Origin: Octopus bimaculoides
Taxonomy: Eukaryota
Length of the DNA: 64,000 bases
Reading direction: 5' to 3'
Assembly: GCF_001194135.2 (NCBI RefSeq)
Contig: NC_068984.1
Location: 137,686,590-137,750,589, forward strand
Shown: positions 12,741 through 24,579 of the stretch, piece after piece
Layout of the letters: every line of letters begins with the position of its first letter
Numbering within the stretch: the first letter of the stretch is position 1
Program-made: the position numbers and the translations under genes
Notes under the pieces: model-generated
The model's input: the letters and a program-made list of their open reading frames with translations, nothing else
Told to the model about the DNA's origin: nothing
Databases searched by the model: none

Positions 12741-15205
12741 ATTAGTTGTGATAATTTTTATTACTATACAGTTATGCTGGATTTTAAATGCTTTCCGCAG
12801 TAATTTTTCTTCCGGTCACCATTTATTTCACATTTGAGAAAGAAGAACGAAACAATGTAATGAAAGTACTTTTCTTAAGTGTATAAAGTGGATTGGTTGG
12901 TTCGAACTGTGACTGACCCTGCTGTAACCTACTTCTGATAGCTTACTATTTACTCCATGATGCACGTCGCTACTTGATATTTTTTATTAGAAATATGCAA
13001 TTATTATAAGGTAGATAACTCTCTGTTGTTGTCGGCAAGAGAGGCTACTCTTGCAGACAACAACAGGCGAGCTGGCAGAAACGTTAGCACGACGGGCGAA
13101 ATGCTTAGCAGTATTTCGTCTGCCGTTACATTCCGAGTTCAAATTCTGCCGAGGTCGACTTTACCTCTCATCTTTTCGGGGTCGATAGATTAAGTACCAG
13201 TTACGAACTGGAGGTCGATGTAATCAACTTAATCCCTTTGTTTGTCCTTGTGTGTCCCCTCTATGTTTAACCCCTTGTGGGCAATGGAGAAATAAGGGAG
13301 ATATGATCCCGGCTCGTACTTTCCTGCAGATGTGGACTGTGAATATTTATGGCATCAAGGTCATAGGTCATAGGGGATCTGCAAAGGTCATGGGCACTGC
13401 TCCTCCTTCCAAACACAGAAGTAATAAAAACAACAAAAAGAAGCTATATTATCTTTTGTCTTACTTCAGTCATTAGACTGTGGCCATGCTGGGGCATCAT
13501 ATTCAAAAGATTTTGAATCAACTCCAGTACTTTTTTTTTGAAGCTTGGTACTTATTATACTGGCCTGTTTTGCCGAACTACTAAGTTACAGGGATGTAAA
13601 CAAACTAACGCTGGTTATCAAGTAGTGATGTAGAACAAACACAGACAGACACAAACACACACATATACACACGATGGGCTTCTATCAGATTCATTCATAA
13701 GGCTTTGGCCAGTCCAAGGCCATAGCAGTTGCACATACCCAAGGGGCTACCCAGTAGGACTGAACCCAGAACCATTTGGTTAGGAAGGAAGCTTCATGTC
13801 ACACAGCCATGCCTGTGCCTATATTGTAGATGATTTAATTGGAAAGAAGTGAAACAAAATTGCTGAGTGGTTGGGGTCAGGAAGGGCATCCAGCTGTAAA
13901 AATCCTGCCAAAACAGTCACAGAAGTCTGGTGCAGGCTTCAGCCTGGCTGACTCTTGTGGTACCATCCGACCCATGCAAGCATGGAACACAGACGGTAAA
14001 TGATGATGATGATTTGATGTCCAAGAAAACGTTTTTTTTTTTTCTAATATTTTCTGGAAAGCCTTCCGTTTCTTTTTTTTTTTTCAGGCTATTCTAGATT
14101 AAAGGTTAATGTGATTAAATGTATGATCTTTTGCAGATTAAGTATCAGAAAGGAAACACTGATACTGAAGGAAGAGGAATGTAATTCTGACAATTAAGAA
14201 TTTACTGAAATGTTTAGGAAATGATGTGGGAACCAAAATTGAACGGGTGTAATAATAGGAAGCATGGTGTAGAGTAAGGAAGTCCAGAATTGCGAGAGAA
14301 CAATGTGAATAGCTTTTCCTGTTAAAGCTATACATTGCCGCTAAAATGCAAAGAACCAAAACACATTCCACAAAGCATTCCTTCCAATGCTCTACCAATT
14401 CTGCCAGTCTTTCACCCTAGACTGGTTCTTTATTTGTCAACCTTCTAAGGATGAAAAGCCAAATTAACTTCAAAGGAATATGAACTGCGAGTGTAAAGGC
14501 CTGGAACAAATATCACAAGGCATCCGTCCTGATGCTCTAACAATTCCAATCAATTTGTCACCCTTATATAGAATTCACCTCTTTGCTCTTGTGGACCCTT
14601 CCACATAAGAACCTTCCTTCCCTGCTAGCTTGTTAGTAAGCCAGCTGGTGACACCCTTGTGCCAGTGACATGTAACAGGTACCCACTATGCTCTTGGAGT
14701 GGTTGGCCTCTAGGAAAGGAATCCAGCCGTAGAAACCAAACTAGAATCAGAACAGAGCTTGGTACTGCTCTCCATCTTACCAGTTCCAGTCAAGCCATCT
14801 AACCCATGCCAACATGGAAAACAGACACTAAATGATGCTGATGATGATGATGATGTAGTTTATTCTGGGTACAGAAGATATAATTTCTACTTATTCTGTT
14901 TCTTCCTATCGACCAATGCTTACTTCATTGCTTGAATAAAACACTGATATTTAATTCATTTTGTATGCAAAACCTAAACCTAAGAATAAAGCTTTAATAG
15001 CAGACAACTTGAAACAAACAGAAAATTTGGTGGTGTTTATGAATTACAAAAAAACTAGAATTAAAACAAAAAAAATAAAAATCTTCAAGTTGCAATATTT
15101 AGTTCTGAAGTAGCTGTTGATAACAATGAGTAAAGAGATTCTTGCTAGTTCTTAGTGATTTCTTTGGTAAGAAGTGTGTTATTGTTGTGCCTACTTATCA
15201 GTAAC

Positions 15206-15279
15206 TATCCAGAATGGTTCTTATCCAGAATGGTTCTTATCCAGAATGGTTCTTATCCAGAATGGTTCTTATCCAGAAT
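15206..15279. repeat. 16-bp tandem repeat (TATCCAGAATGGTTCT), about 4.6 copies
   Basis: Four perfect units plus a partial one, about 100 nt upstream of the claudin last-exon acceptor. Confidence 0.95.
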
Positions 15280-15376
15280 AGCTTGAACAAAATTGATTTG
15301 TATTTAAAGATTTCTAAATTTACCTATGAGTCTTCACAATTTATTTAAATTAATTTTTTTCTTTTATTTTGAATAG

Positions 15377-15597
15377 GTCTACTAATTACAATGTCCCTGA
15401 TTGTGTTTGGAGTGAAGTCTGAAGATCGACAGTGGATGCCGCGTCCTGACCAGAACTACTTATCCTGGTCCTTTGGTATTTGTGTACTCTCTGGCTTCTT
15501 CTCCCTGTTTGCAGCAATGTGCTTGCTTGTGTCAAGCATCAGTTCATCACGTGATCAGAATGTGGACTCTAAAGCACATCGTATGCGACGCTACTAA
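15377..15597 (+). CDS. Terminal coding exon of the same claudin-like gene (end of TM3, ECL2, TM4, tail)
   Basis: Acceptor TTTTGAATAG|GT; G from the previous exon plus GT gives Gly; reads GLLITMSLIVFGVKSEDRQWMPRPDQNYLSWSFGICVLSGFFSLFAAMCLLVSSISSSRDQNVDSKAHRMRRY*. The WMPRP..NYLSWSF segment resembles the ECL2 of invertebrate claudin-like proteins. The 5' exons were not found in the window. Confidence 0.85.
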
Positions 15598-16394
15598 TAT
15601 GCAAATAACAGTGGGAAAAAAATATAACTCGAAAGACAAATCTAAGTGTTATATTTGCTTCTTTCTAACTTTTCTAATTTCATAATGTATTTATCTTGGC
15701 AGTTTTGTAGACATCTATTTCCTGTTTGCATCAACACCACTCCCAAGATCTGACAAGTTCTGGCAAACCTTTTGTAAATATATTCTTTTACTGATCTTTT
15801 GTATACAAAAATGAAAAATAACTTCATATATTTTTTAATGTTTCATCTTAAAATACAGTAGTATGTTTCAATTTCAAAGAACCATATTTAACACATATAA
15901 CCTTAAAAGAAACATCAAACATAGAAACATGGTTGTTTTCTTAATTAATAATTAGAATATTCCTATTAAAACTTACATATAGTATTAAATACTTTCAATA
16001 TTAATTTAGAATTTTTATAATTTAGTATAGATAACAAGGGACTTGTGAGAAAAGGCAAAAGAAGACCAATTATTGACTTGTATTGGAAAATCTGTAGACC
16101 TGCATTTTAAAAATGTAAATTCTTTTGTATTAGTTTTCTTGATAAATAATCCCCAAGGTTATCAATTAATTAATAAGTAATTATAGCTAATGATGATCAT
16201 GGTGTGTGATATATACAATTAAGGTAATTTCATATAGATCACTTCTAATTTAATGTATCTCAGTCATTGGTTTTTATTTCATTATAAATGGTGCTTATAA
16301 TCTAATCAAACAAGTATTGAACTTTATATTATATTTTTTGTCTTAACTATTTTTATATGCTACAATACACAATACTCTGACTGTTATATAAATT

Positions 16395-16450
<56 letters not shown>

Positions 16451-18759
16451 ATATGTATGTATATATGTATGTATGAATAGGTAGTTATAGTTATTAGTCC
16501 TTATGGTGAATAAACTCTTATGATTTTGTAATTATATATTTGGTAAATACTTAGCCGTTGATACTTGGATTAAATTTTACACAACTCTTTTTGTTAATAT
16601 TTTAATCTCCTAAAATTAATAGATAGTTTTGTAATAAGGTTCTCTAACACCAGACTTTTAACTATGGAAGACTTTTAACTATGGAAGACAAAATGTCGGT
16701 TATTCACCTTTGTGTTACTTCTTGTCATCTTAGATGAAACAAAAGTAATGCAGTAATGCTGTGATGCATTTATGCACGTGTGTGTGTGTGTGTGCATGTT
16801 TTGGCAATGATATATAGAAAGAGAGATTAGGTTCCTAAGCTCTGCATGATAAGTAATTTATGACAGAGGAAGTAGTCTAATAAAATAATTTAATGGAGAT
16901 TAGACATGCTATTAAAAGACTGCCATCATCTCATAGTTTCCTCTCAACAGGACTTTCTAAATTTCAGTCAGGTCTTGATGTAAATATATACAATGATTTA
17001 AACAAATTACTTTTCTGGTAGATTCAATCCAGACTATTTATATTGTAAGCAAATTCTCTGTCCAAGTACTTGATATACACAGCATGGAAACCAAACAATC
17101 TGTTGACATTGTTGGCTGCAGACAGATTTTATTCACACATGAAAAGTCATTTTTGTATTGCCTCCATAATAAGAGTTAGCTTTGTTTGTTTATGTCGTTG
17201 AAACGTTGTGTTGTATTATTATTGACCATGCTCTCCGACATGATACATGATGGTAAAAAGATGACAGAATCATGCATGTCTGCTGATCTATGGGAAGAAA
17301 ATCACAATTTATTATCTTGAATTGCATTGATGTATGTGTGTTTTTGGTTGAGTTTTTTGTGATTTTTATTGTAGCTCTTAGAAATTTGGTTGAACATAAT
17401 TTAGAGGAGTTTCCTTTGAAGATATTATTAGTGTTGCTCAATAGACATCCATGTTAACATTGTGGCCTTTCCAATGATTTCAGACTTGTTTCCATAATCA
17501 ACACTTTGAAGTTTATATCAACAGATTTTTGTAAATACAGCCATAGGAAACATGCCAAAAATGGAACAACCAAGTCTGATATAATCTCTCCTTGACCTGT
17601 TTCGGAGTGCAGGGATCCCAAATATGAACCAACTTAGGCTGTAGCTAATTGTCTATTCCATTCCATTTACACCATCTTAAAAAAAGATGTAGATGTAAAG
17701 TGACAATAATGATGATTTTAAAATATTGTTCATCAAGAATTAGATATTTTTGGATAGAATTTCAACAGCTTCATGCAAAAATTTGGTATTAATTTATAGT
17801 AAAATGAAATCGGACAGATGTTTTAGGTTGATGATTAGGATGACAACATTAGATCCATAATAACATTTACATCTATATTTTGATATAAAACTCTTTTAAT
17901 TTCCAGTCTTATATAAAAACATTTTGCCATTTTGGTGCAGATTAAGATTTAAAAAAATTTTTTATTAGTTGTAGCAGTTTCTTTTTTTACCTCACTTCTT
18001 AAAGCATATTTTTTTTGTTTTAAGTAAATTTTCACATTTGATAAAATCTTAATATAGTATATATTCAAAAATATACCATATTCCATATCTTTATCCTAAA
18101 AAGGAATTGTACTTTTTTGTATAATAAATATATTTTCATTGATTGTTTTTGTGTACTGTTTTCATTTATTCTGCCTCAGTAAATTTAAGTAAATTAAAAA
18201 CTGAACTTTTTATTATTGTAGAAGGTGACTGAGATTATTATAAACTGAATGGATAATTTGAAATTTGTGATTTACAAATGTTGGTTTTGAATCATCATTA
18301 TCAACGTTTAATGTCCACTTTTCCATACTTGTATGTAGCAGATTTTTTATGGGTGAGTGCCCTTCCATTGCAAGCTCTCTCCTGTTTCCAAGCAAGATAA
18401 TATTTTCCCATAGCCAGACATGTTTTTTTTTTTTTTTTTACAGAAGATTGAAAACAACTTTGTATATATAACAGATAAGATCATTTACAACCATCATATG
18501 ATGCCTAGACAAGGATATGCACACACACACGATGGACTTCTGGACTTCTTTCAGTTTCCACCCAACCAAATCCACTCACATGGCTTTGGTTGACCCCAGG
18601 CTATAGTGGTCACTTGCCCAAGCTACTGCTCAGTAGGAATGAATCCATGACCACATGGTTGTGAAATAAGCTACTTAAACACAACCAAACCTACACTTTA
18701 ATCATGGGGTAATTATAAGGGACTATAAGTAAGTCAGGTTTTTAGGAAGAAGGCCTTTA

Positions 18760-19125
18760 ATGAGGGCTACACAATTGGTACTTAATTCATCGACTCCTGA
18801 AAGGATGAATGGCAAAGTCGACCACGGCGGAATTTGAACCCAGAACGTAAAGACACAAAATACTGCTAAGCATTTTGCCCGGCGTGCTAACGTTTCCTAT
18901 TTCTTTATTGCCCACAAGGGGCTAAACATAGAGGGGACAAACAAGGACAGACAAAGGGATTAAGACGATTACATCGACCCAGTGCGTAACTGGTACTTAA
19001 TTTATCGACCCCGAAAGGATGACCGGCAAAGGCGATCTCGGCGGAATTTGGACTCTGAACGTAAAGACACGAAATACCGCTAAGCATTTCGCCCGGCGTG
19101 CTAACGTTTCTGCCAGCTCGCTGCG
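18760..19125 (-). mobile_element. Dimeric form of the GGCGGCGAGCTGG SINE
   Basis: Two monomers joined by TTTAGCCCCTTGTGGGCAATAAAGAAA...AAACGTTAGCACG; the same junction occurs at about 39150, 41330 and 49210. Confidence 0.75.
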
Positions 19126-19204
19126 CCGCCTTTGTTCTGTCACTCTTACTGTTATTAAAATGAATTTTGCTGCCCTTAACTAAAGCTATTCAGTACGCCC
19201 CAAC

Positions 19205-20133
19205 CAGCGCTGGATTAACCATTAAGCAAAATAAGCACATGCTTAGAGCATCAAGGGAAGAGCAGGGGCACCACAGAAATGGTAAATGGCTTACGGCACA
19301 AAAAAAATCACTTTAAACTTGCTAAAGTAATATTCGGGATGCTAGGGGCGGGGAGCTGGCAGAATCGTTAGCACGCCGGGCGAGATGCTTAGCGGTATTT
19401 CGTCTGTCTTTATGTTCTGAGTTCAAATTCCGCCGAGGTCAACTTTGCCTTTCATCCTTTCGGGGTCGATAAATTAAGTACCAGTTGCGTACTAGGGCTT
19501 GATGTCATCGACTGGCCCCCTTCCCCAAAATTTCGGGCCTTGTGCCCAGAGTAGAAAAATATATTCTGGATGCTTTATCTCTACAAATTACAAAAGCGGT
19601 TGTGTTAGGTAAGATCATTTTTTTTGGATTTGATCAAATACTTTGAATTGAAAAGGCAGGAGAAAACCTTTCAAATATAAATAAAGTGAAGGTATGCAAA
19701 AAGAAGTGGCGGCGCGTGGCTTAGTGGTTAGGGTGTCGGCATCATGATCGTAAGATTGTGGTTTCGATTCCTGGACCGGGCAACGCGTTGTGTTCTTGAG
19801 CAAAACACTTTATTTCACGTTGCTCCAGTCCATTCAGCAAGCAAAAATGAGTAACGCTGCGATGGACTGGCGTCCCGTCCAGCTGGGGAACACATACGCC
19901 ATAGAAACCGGGAAACTGGGCCCATGATCCTGGTTAGGCTTTAAAAGGGCACATTTATTTTTATATGCAAAAATAAACATTATTTTTCATCTTACTGTTA
20001 GTTTTGTTTCATTTTGAAGAATAAAAAAAATATTTTACGGTTTATCATTGTTTATATTTTAAGTTAAATGTATATAAGGGGCACCGAAATCTTCCAAATG
20101 CTTAGAGCCTCTATGGGACTTAATACGGCCCTG
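19205..20133. mobile_element. Non-autonomous DNA transposon (hAT-like MITE) with two nested SINEs
   Basis: Imperfect TIRs CAGCGCTGGATTAA / TTAATACGGCCCTG; similar flanks cgccccaac / cgccccac; nested SINEs at about 19345-19560 and 19708-19950. Confidence 0.6.
19708..19950 (+). mobile_element. tRNA-headed SINE with CORE-like and GCGATGGACTGGCGTCCCGTCC segments
   Basis: A-box TGGCTTAGTGG, B-box GGTTTCGATTCC, then GTGTTCTTGAGCAAAACACTT. Related copies at about 10790, 32050, 47880 (-), 54030 (-) and 56150. Confidence 0.75.
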
Positions 20134-22053
20134 CGCCCCACCCACGTTTTTCCATACATATCTCCTTTTCCTTATACTTTGTTCTTAGAACTTTGATCAC
20201 CCTAATCTTTCCTTTTAAAAGCTTGCATATCCACCAAGAGCATCTCTCCTGTTTTTGTTTTCCATTTAATCAATCTGAAAGAGTTGAAGCAAAGCAACGA
20301 AGGCGTTAGCTGTATTCCGTTATCTCAGTAAAGTCTATGAGCATTGCTTTCCCCCAAAGTAACCAAAGGAGAAAAACCCTCTAAAATCCTGAACCCCCCA
20401 CCCCAAAAAAAACAACATAGAAAAAAAAGACGACTTGTAATTCTTTTATGAGTTACAGGTCCATGGGATTAGTTTTTCAATGTATTAGATGCCATCGGAA
20501 TATATTTATTGCTAGTGTCGTGACAATATCACGTGTATATACCTACCAGAAAATGATTATAATTTTATTCCTCCATTAAAAAGTATAGTTTCATTAAAAT
20601 ATTTGGTACAGCAAAGCAAAAAAGTAATTATTTTGATTGAATATAGTAATGGTAATTTCTTTTTTGGTGATGCGTTTAGAAATTTGTGGCTGTTATTAAG
20701 GAGAAAGATGAAGCTGACGGCGGGGTAGACTTTATTTCAGGTTTCCATTTTGTTCATCCGATAAAACGTGACGATATCATTCAGCATTGGTAGTTAAAAT
20801 TTATCAAATATCAGAGGGTAAACACTGAGTTTATTTTAGCATCGTGTGCGTTTTAGCTTTTCTTGTTTTTAAAATCTCATTTTAAGAGTAGGCGTTGATA
20901 TGAAAGTTTGAATGTCGCTATGAAATTGTTCATTTTATGCGTGTTTGCCTGTTGATTTTTTGCGTAGTAATCTGCCTCAGTATTCTCTATATATCTATGG
21001 AAGTTGAACATGTATAAATAAGTAATGCTACAGTTTAACTCTTAAAATGTATAACGACTTTCCGTGACTAGCTTCAGTTGAAATGAATCTGTGCATGGAC
21101 TTTATGTTGTATCTTGTGTGTATGTGTGTGTGTAAATCTGCCTCTGTGTGTGTATGTATTTATGTATGTATGTATGTATGCATGCATACGCTTGCACGTG
21201 TGTTTCAATGCAACAGTATATTTGTATATGTACGTGAGTGGTACATCCCTGTGGAAATGTAATGCTCACATTGAGTTTTACGTGATACATACGCAGTCAT
21301 TTTTACATTGAAGTCTTGCGACACTGGTTAAGATTATTATTATTATTGTTATTGTTATTATTATTATTTTTATTATTATTATTATTATTTCTATTGCAGT
21401 TTTGAAAGCTAACAAACTAATTACAAACGAAGAACTATTGTGATGATATCGAAGCATGAAAACAAACAAACAATAACGATACATAAAATAGAATATTGTC
21501 ACGTTCTTAACCCTGACAAAAAAATAAAAACAAAATATATATATTTATAAAAAGAAAGATAACTTTTAGTATTTTTTTTTTCACTGGAAAACAACTTTTT
21601 TATTCCCCTAACTTCGTTGTTATTTCTTATTCATGGAAATGATAAGAAAGAAGAAATATAAACACTAACTCGAAGTTTCAGAAACATTGGAATAGTTCTT
21701 TTCTACAAGCTTCTATTTTTCTGTTTGTTTCCGTTTGTTCGTTTTTCACATATTTTTTTTTCTACTTAAATGTGTTTATAATGATCCCTTGCCCAACAAA
21801 AGCGACAATGCCAGTAGATTGTTGCTTCACAAATAATGCGCAACAGATCACAATGTGACAGTGACTCATAAAATATTCACATGTCGTAACTTAAGAGAAC
21901 TGATAAAGTATGGTCGAAAAAAAAAACAACAACACAAAAAGACTGTCCAAGCTGAGTTTTTACAAGGTTCTTTGCAAAACGAAATGGGTAAACTGAATTG
22001 GCCTGAAATTGTTTACGTAGGACATAAAGGATATGTAGTGGCGCGAAGTTATA

Positions 22054-22129
22054 GCCGCCATTGAGGAAGTACAATCTGCGCATGCGCAAGGGACTTCATC
22101 ACCGGAAGCCCCTCGCGTGCGCATGCGTA
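22054..22129. promoter_or_regulatory. CpG-rich housekeeping-type (probably bidirectional) promoter
   Basis: Two NRF1 palindromes (TGCGCATGCGCA 22077-22088; TGCGCATGCGTA 22118-22129), ETS motifs (GAGGAAGT 22063-22070; CCGGAAG 22102-22108) and a YY1-like GCCGCCATTG (22054-22063) within 76 bp in an AT-rich background. Confidence 0.7.
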
Positions 22130-22820
22130 GTAAAACTAGTACTTAATGAGAGTTTCATTTTGTAAGTCAGTTGCGCGACAACTCCTCGCTCCTCAACGAA
22201 GCACTCTTCACCACGATGCCTTCGATGGTGATAGCTCCTTGCTTCTCTGGCAGGCATCAAGGAAGCCCTTAACCTTCCAATACCAAATTACAACTTAATC
22301 AGTGGCTGCTAAGCTGAATGACAGGAATTGTGAAACCAAGCATCATCAAAAAAATAAAACTTATTTTTATTATGTTGTAAAATTGTTCTAATGTCTCTTC
22401 ATATATATATAATGCTGTTGAAAGGTGATAGTCTCTATGACAACTATCAAACCATTTACAGATATTATGTTAACAATGCAAGGCGTGACCATATGCCTAC
22501 GAAGCTGCATTGCAACTGCATTTTCGGCTTTGGCTCCACTGCGCAACAACCTTGGGTAAGTGTCTTCTACAATAACCTCAGGTCAATGTTTTGTGCATGA
22601 ATTTGGTAACGATAGGTCAAAGGTCAATTCGTTACTAACATATTAAACCCATAACCTCATATTTTATCCCTTCAAGTACTGTTGCATAAATGTTTGGGTA
22701 GTTGTGTCTGGTCTGTTTGGTTGCTTCGGTTTCATTCTTGAGAAAACACACACACACATACACACAGAGAGGTGTAGATAAATGTTTTTTTTTTTTTTAC
22801 CTCAGTTAACTGAAGTAAGT

Positions 22821-23365
22821 GGAGGCGCAATGGCCCAGTGGTTAGGGTAGCGGACTCGCGGTCATAGGATCGCGGTTTCGATTCCCAGACCGGGCGTTGT
22901 GAGTGTTTATTGAGCGAAAACACCTAAAAGCTCCACGAGGCTCCGGNNNNNNNNNNNNNNNNNNNNNNNNNNNNNNNNNNNNNNNNNNNNNNNNNNNNNN
23001 NNNNNNNNNNNNNNNNNNNNNNNNNNNNNNNNNNNNNNNNNNNNNNNNNNNNNNNNNNNNNNNNNNNNNNNNNNNNNNNNNNNNNNNNNNNAGGGGATGG
23101 TGGCGAACCCTGCTGTACTCTTCCACCACAACTTTCTCTCACTCTTACTTCCTGTTTCTGTTGTGCCTGTAATTCAAAGGGTCAGCCTTGTCATACTGTG
23201 TCACGCTGAATATCCCCGAGAACTACGTTAAGGGTACACGTGTCTGTGGAGTGCTCAGCCACTTGCACGTTAATTTCACGAGCAGGCTGTTCCGTCGATC
23301 GGATCAACTGGAACCCTCGACGTCGTAAGCGACGGAGTGCCAACAACAAACAACAACAACAACAA
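22821..23365 (+). mobile_element. tRNA-headed SINE (GGAGGCGCAATGGCCC family) with (CAA)n tail
   Basis: A-box TGGCCCAGTGG, B-box GGTTTCGATTCC; near-identical copies at 55488-55862 (+) and 58344-58723 (-). Confidence 0.85.
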
Positions 23366-23482
23366 ACTGCCAGCGTTATTTATAAAACATTTGCTGTGTG
23401 GCTTATACAAAAAATATTCCAGTGTCACTAGTAAGGATTATAATTCCTTAAAAAATTGGTAGGAAAGAATAATGTGTGGTCT

Positions 23483-23658
23483 ACTGTATTTACTCGTGTA
23501 TAAGATGCATCCCTAATTTAATGTTAAATCTTGGTATGAAAAAATTTCCCTCCATAGTTTTAGCTTTGCCCCAAGTTTAAGTTCCATCCCAGTTTTATTT
23601 TTCTCAGTTGAAATCAAATTTAAAATAGAGCGACTTACAACACAAGTAAATACGGTTG
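23483..23658. mobile_element. pogo/Tigger-like MITE
   Basis: TACTGTATTTACTCGTGTATAAG ... CTTACAACACAAGTAAATACGGT imperfect terminal inverted repeats. Confidence 0.6.
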
Positions 23659-24579
23659 TCACACAATTTTCCCATACTGACCTCATTTGTGCGAATTCAC
23701 CTCCGTTTAATTTTTTAGTGTGTTACTAGTGATGCTGGAAACCGAAACAAGAAAAATAAATAATAAATGAAAGAAAAGAGAAATTCTTGACATCTCAATC
23801 CTTTCACTCGGTGAAACTTCTGTTTGCATTCGGCCATTATCGCTAATAAAGTCAATATGTCTTGATTTCATTGTTAGGATTATTTTTCATGTGTGTCTTG
23901 TTACAAAGAAGCAGTTTTCTCCTATTTCGTTGCAGGTGTCGGTCTTTTCACCATTTTTCGTTTTCTGCATGTTGGAGATGTGTATCACTTTTGTTGTTGT
24001 TGTAGACGTCATTATTTACCAATCTCGGAAGAGAGAAACGAAATACATAAATAATCAAATAATCCTACTTTCTTTGTTTATTTTGGTGAGAATAAACTCC
24101 AACCTTGTTCAAATATCCTGTTGTATATAATCCAAATGGATTAATACAAAAGAGTAGGGTGGGACGAAAGTCTATCAAGCTGTACTAAAAAAGTAAAACT
24201 CGCCGTGTAAACATTTAAAATGTACAAATAAATCGACAAATATGTATGTATGTATACATGTATGTATGTATGTGTGTATGTATGCATATATGTATGTGTG
24301 TGTGTATGTATGTATGTATGTATCTATCTATCTATCTATCTATCTGTATATCTTTCATTCTTTCTTTCTGTGTGTAATATATTGTTATTATTATCATTAT
24401 TATTATTGTTGTTGTTGTTGTTATATAACATGTAATATATACTATGTATACATGTATGTTTGTATGTATGAATGTAATATATATTATATATACATGTATG
24501 TTTGTATGTATGTATGCATGTATGTATACATATATATATATGTGTGTGTGTAAAATACACACATGCATATACATATGTA

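Noticed and set aside
14088-14200. Alternative terminal exon for the claudin gene after strong AG acceptors at 14087 and 14138
   Set aside because: Phase-1 joins give an immediate stop or a short hydrophilic tail lacking TM4, with no supporting motif.
22170-22350. Possible structured ncRNA (RNase P/MRP, telomerase RNA, 7SK) downstream of the NRF1 promoter
   Set aside because: Only a weak GATGCC/GGCATC stem. I could not match conserved RNase P/MRP boxes or a CTAACCCTAA template. An Infernal/Rfam scan would settle it.
22821-22895. tRNA genes at SINE heads
   Set aside because: A and B boxes are present, but there is no complete cloverleaf and each continues into a multicopy SINE body.
22927-23091. 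Apparent 165-bp insertion in a SINE
   Set aside because: It is an N gap, and the family consensus continues directly across it.
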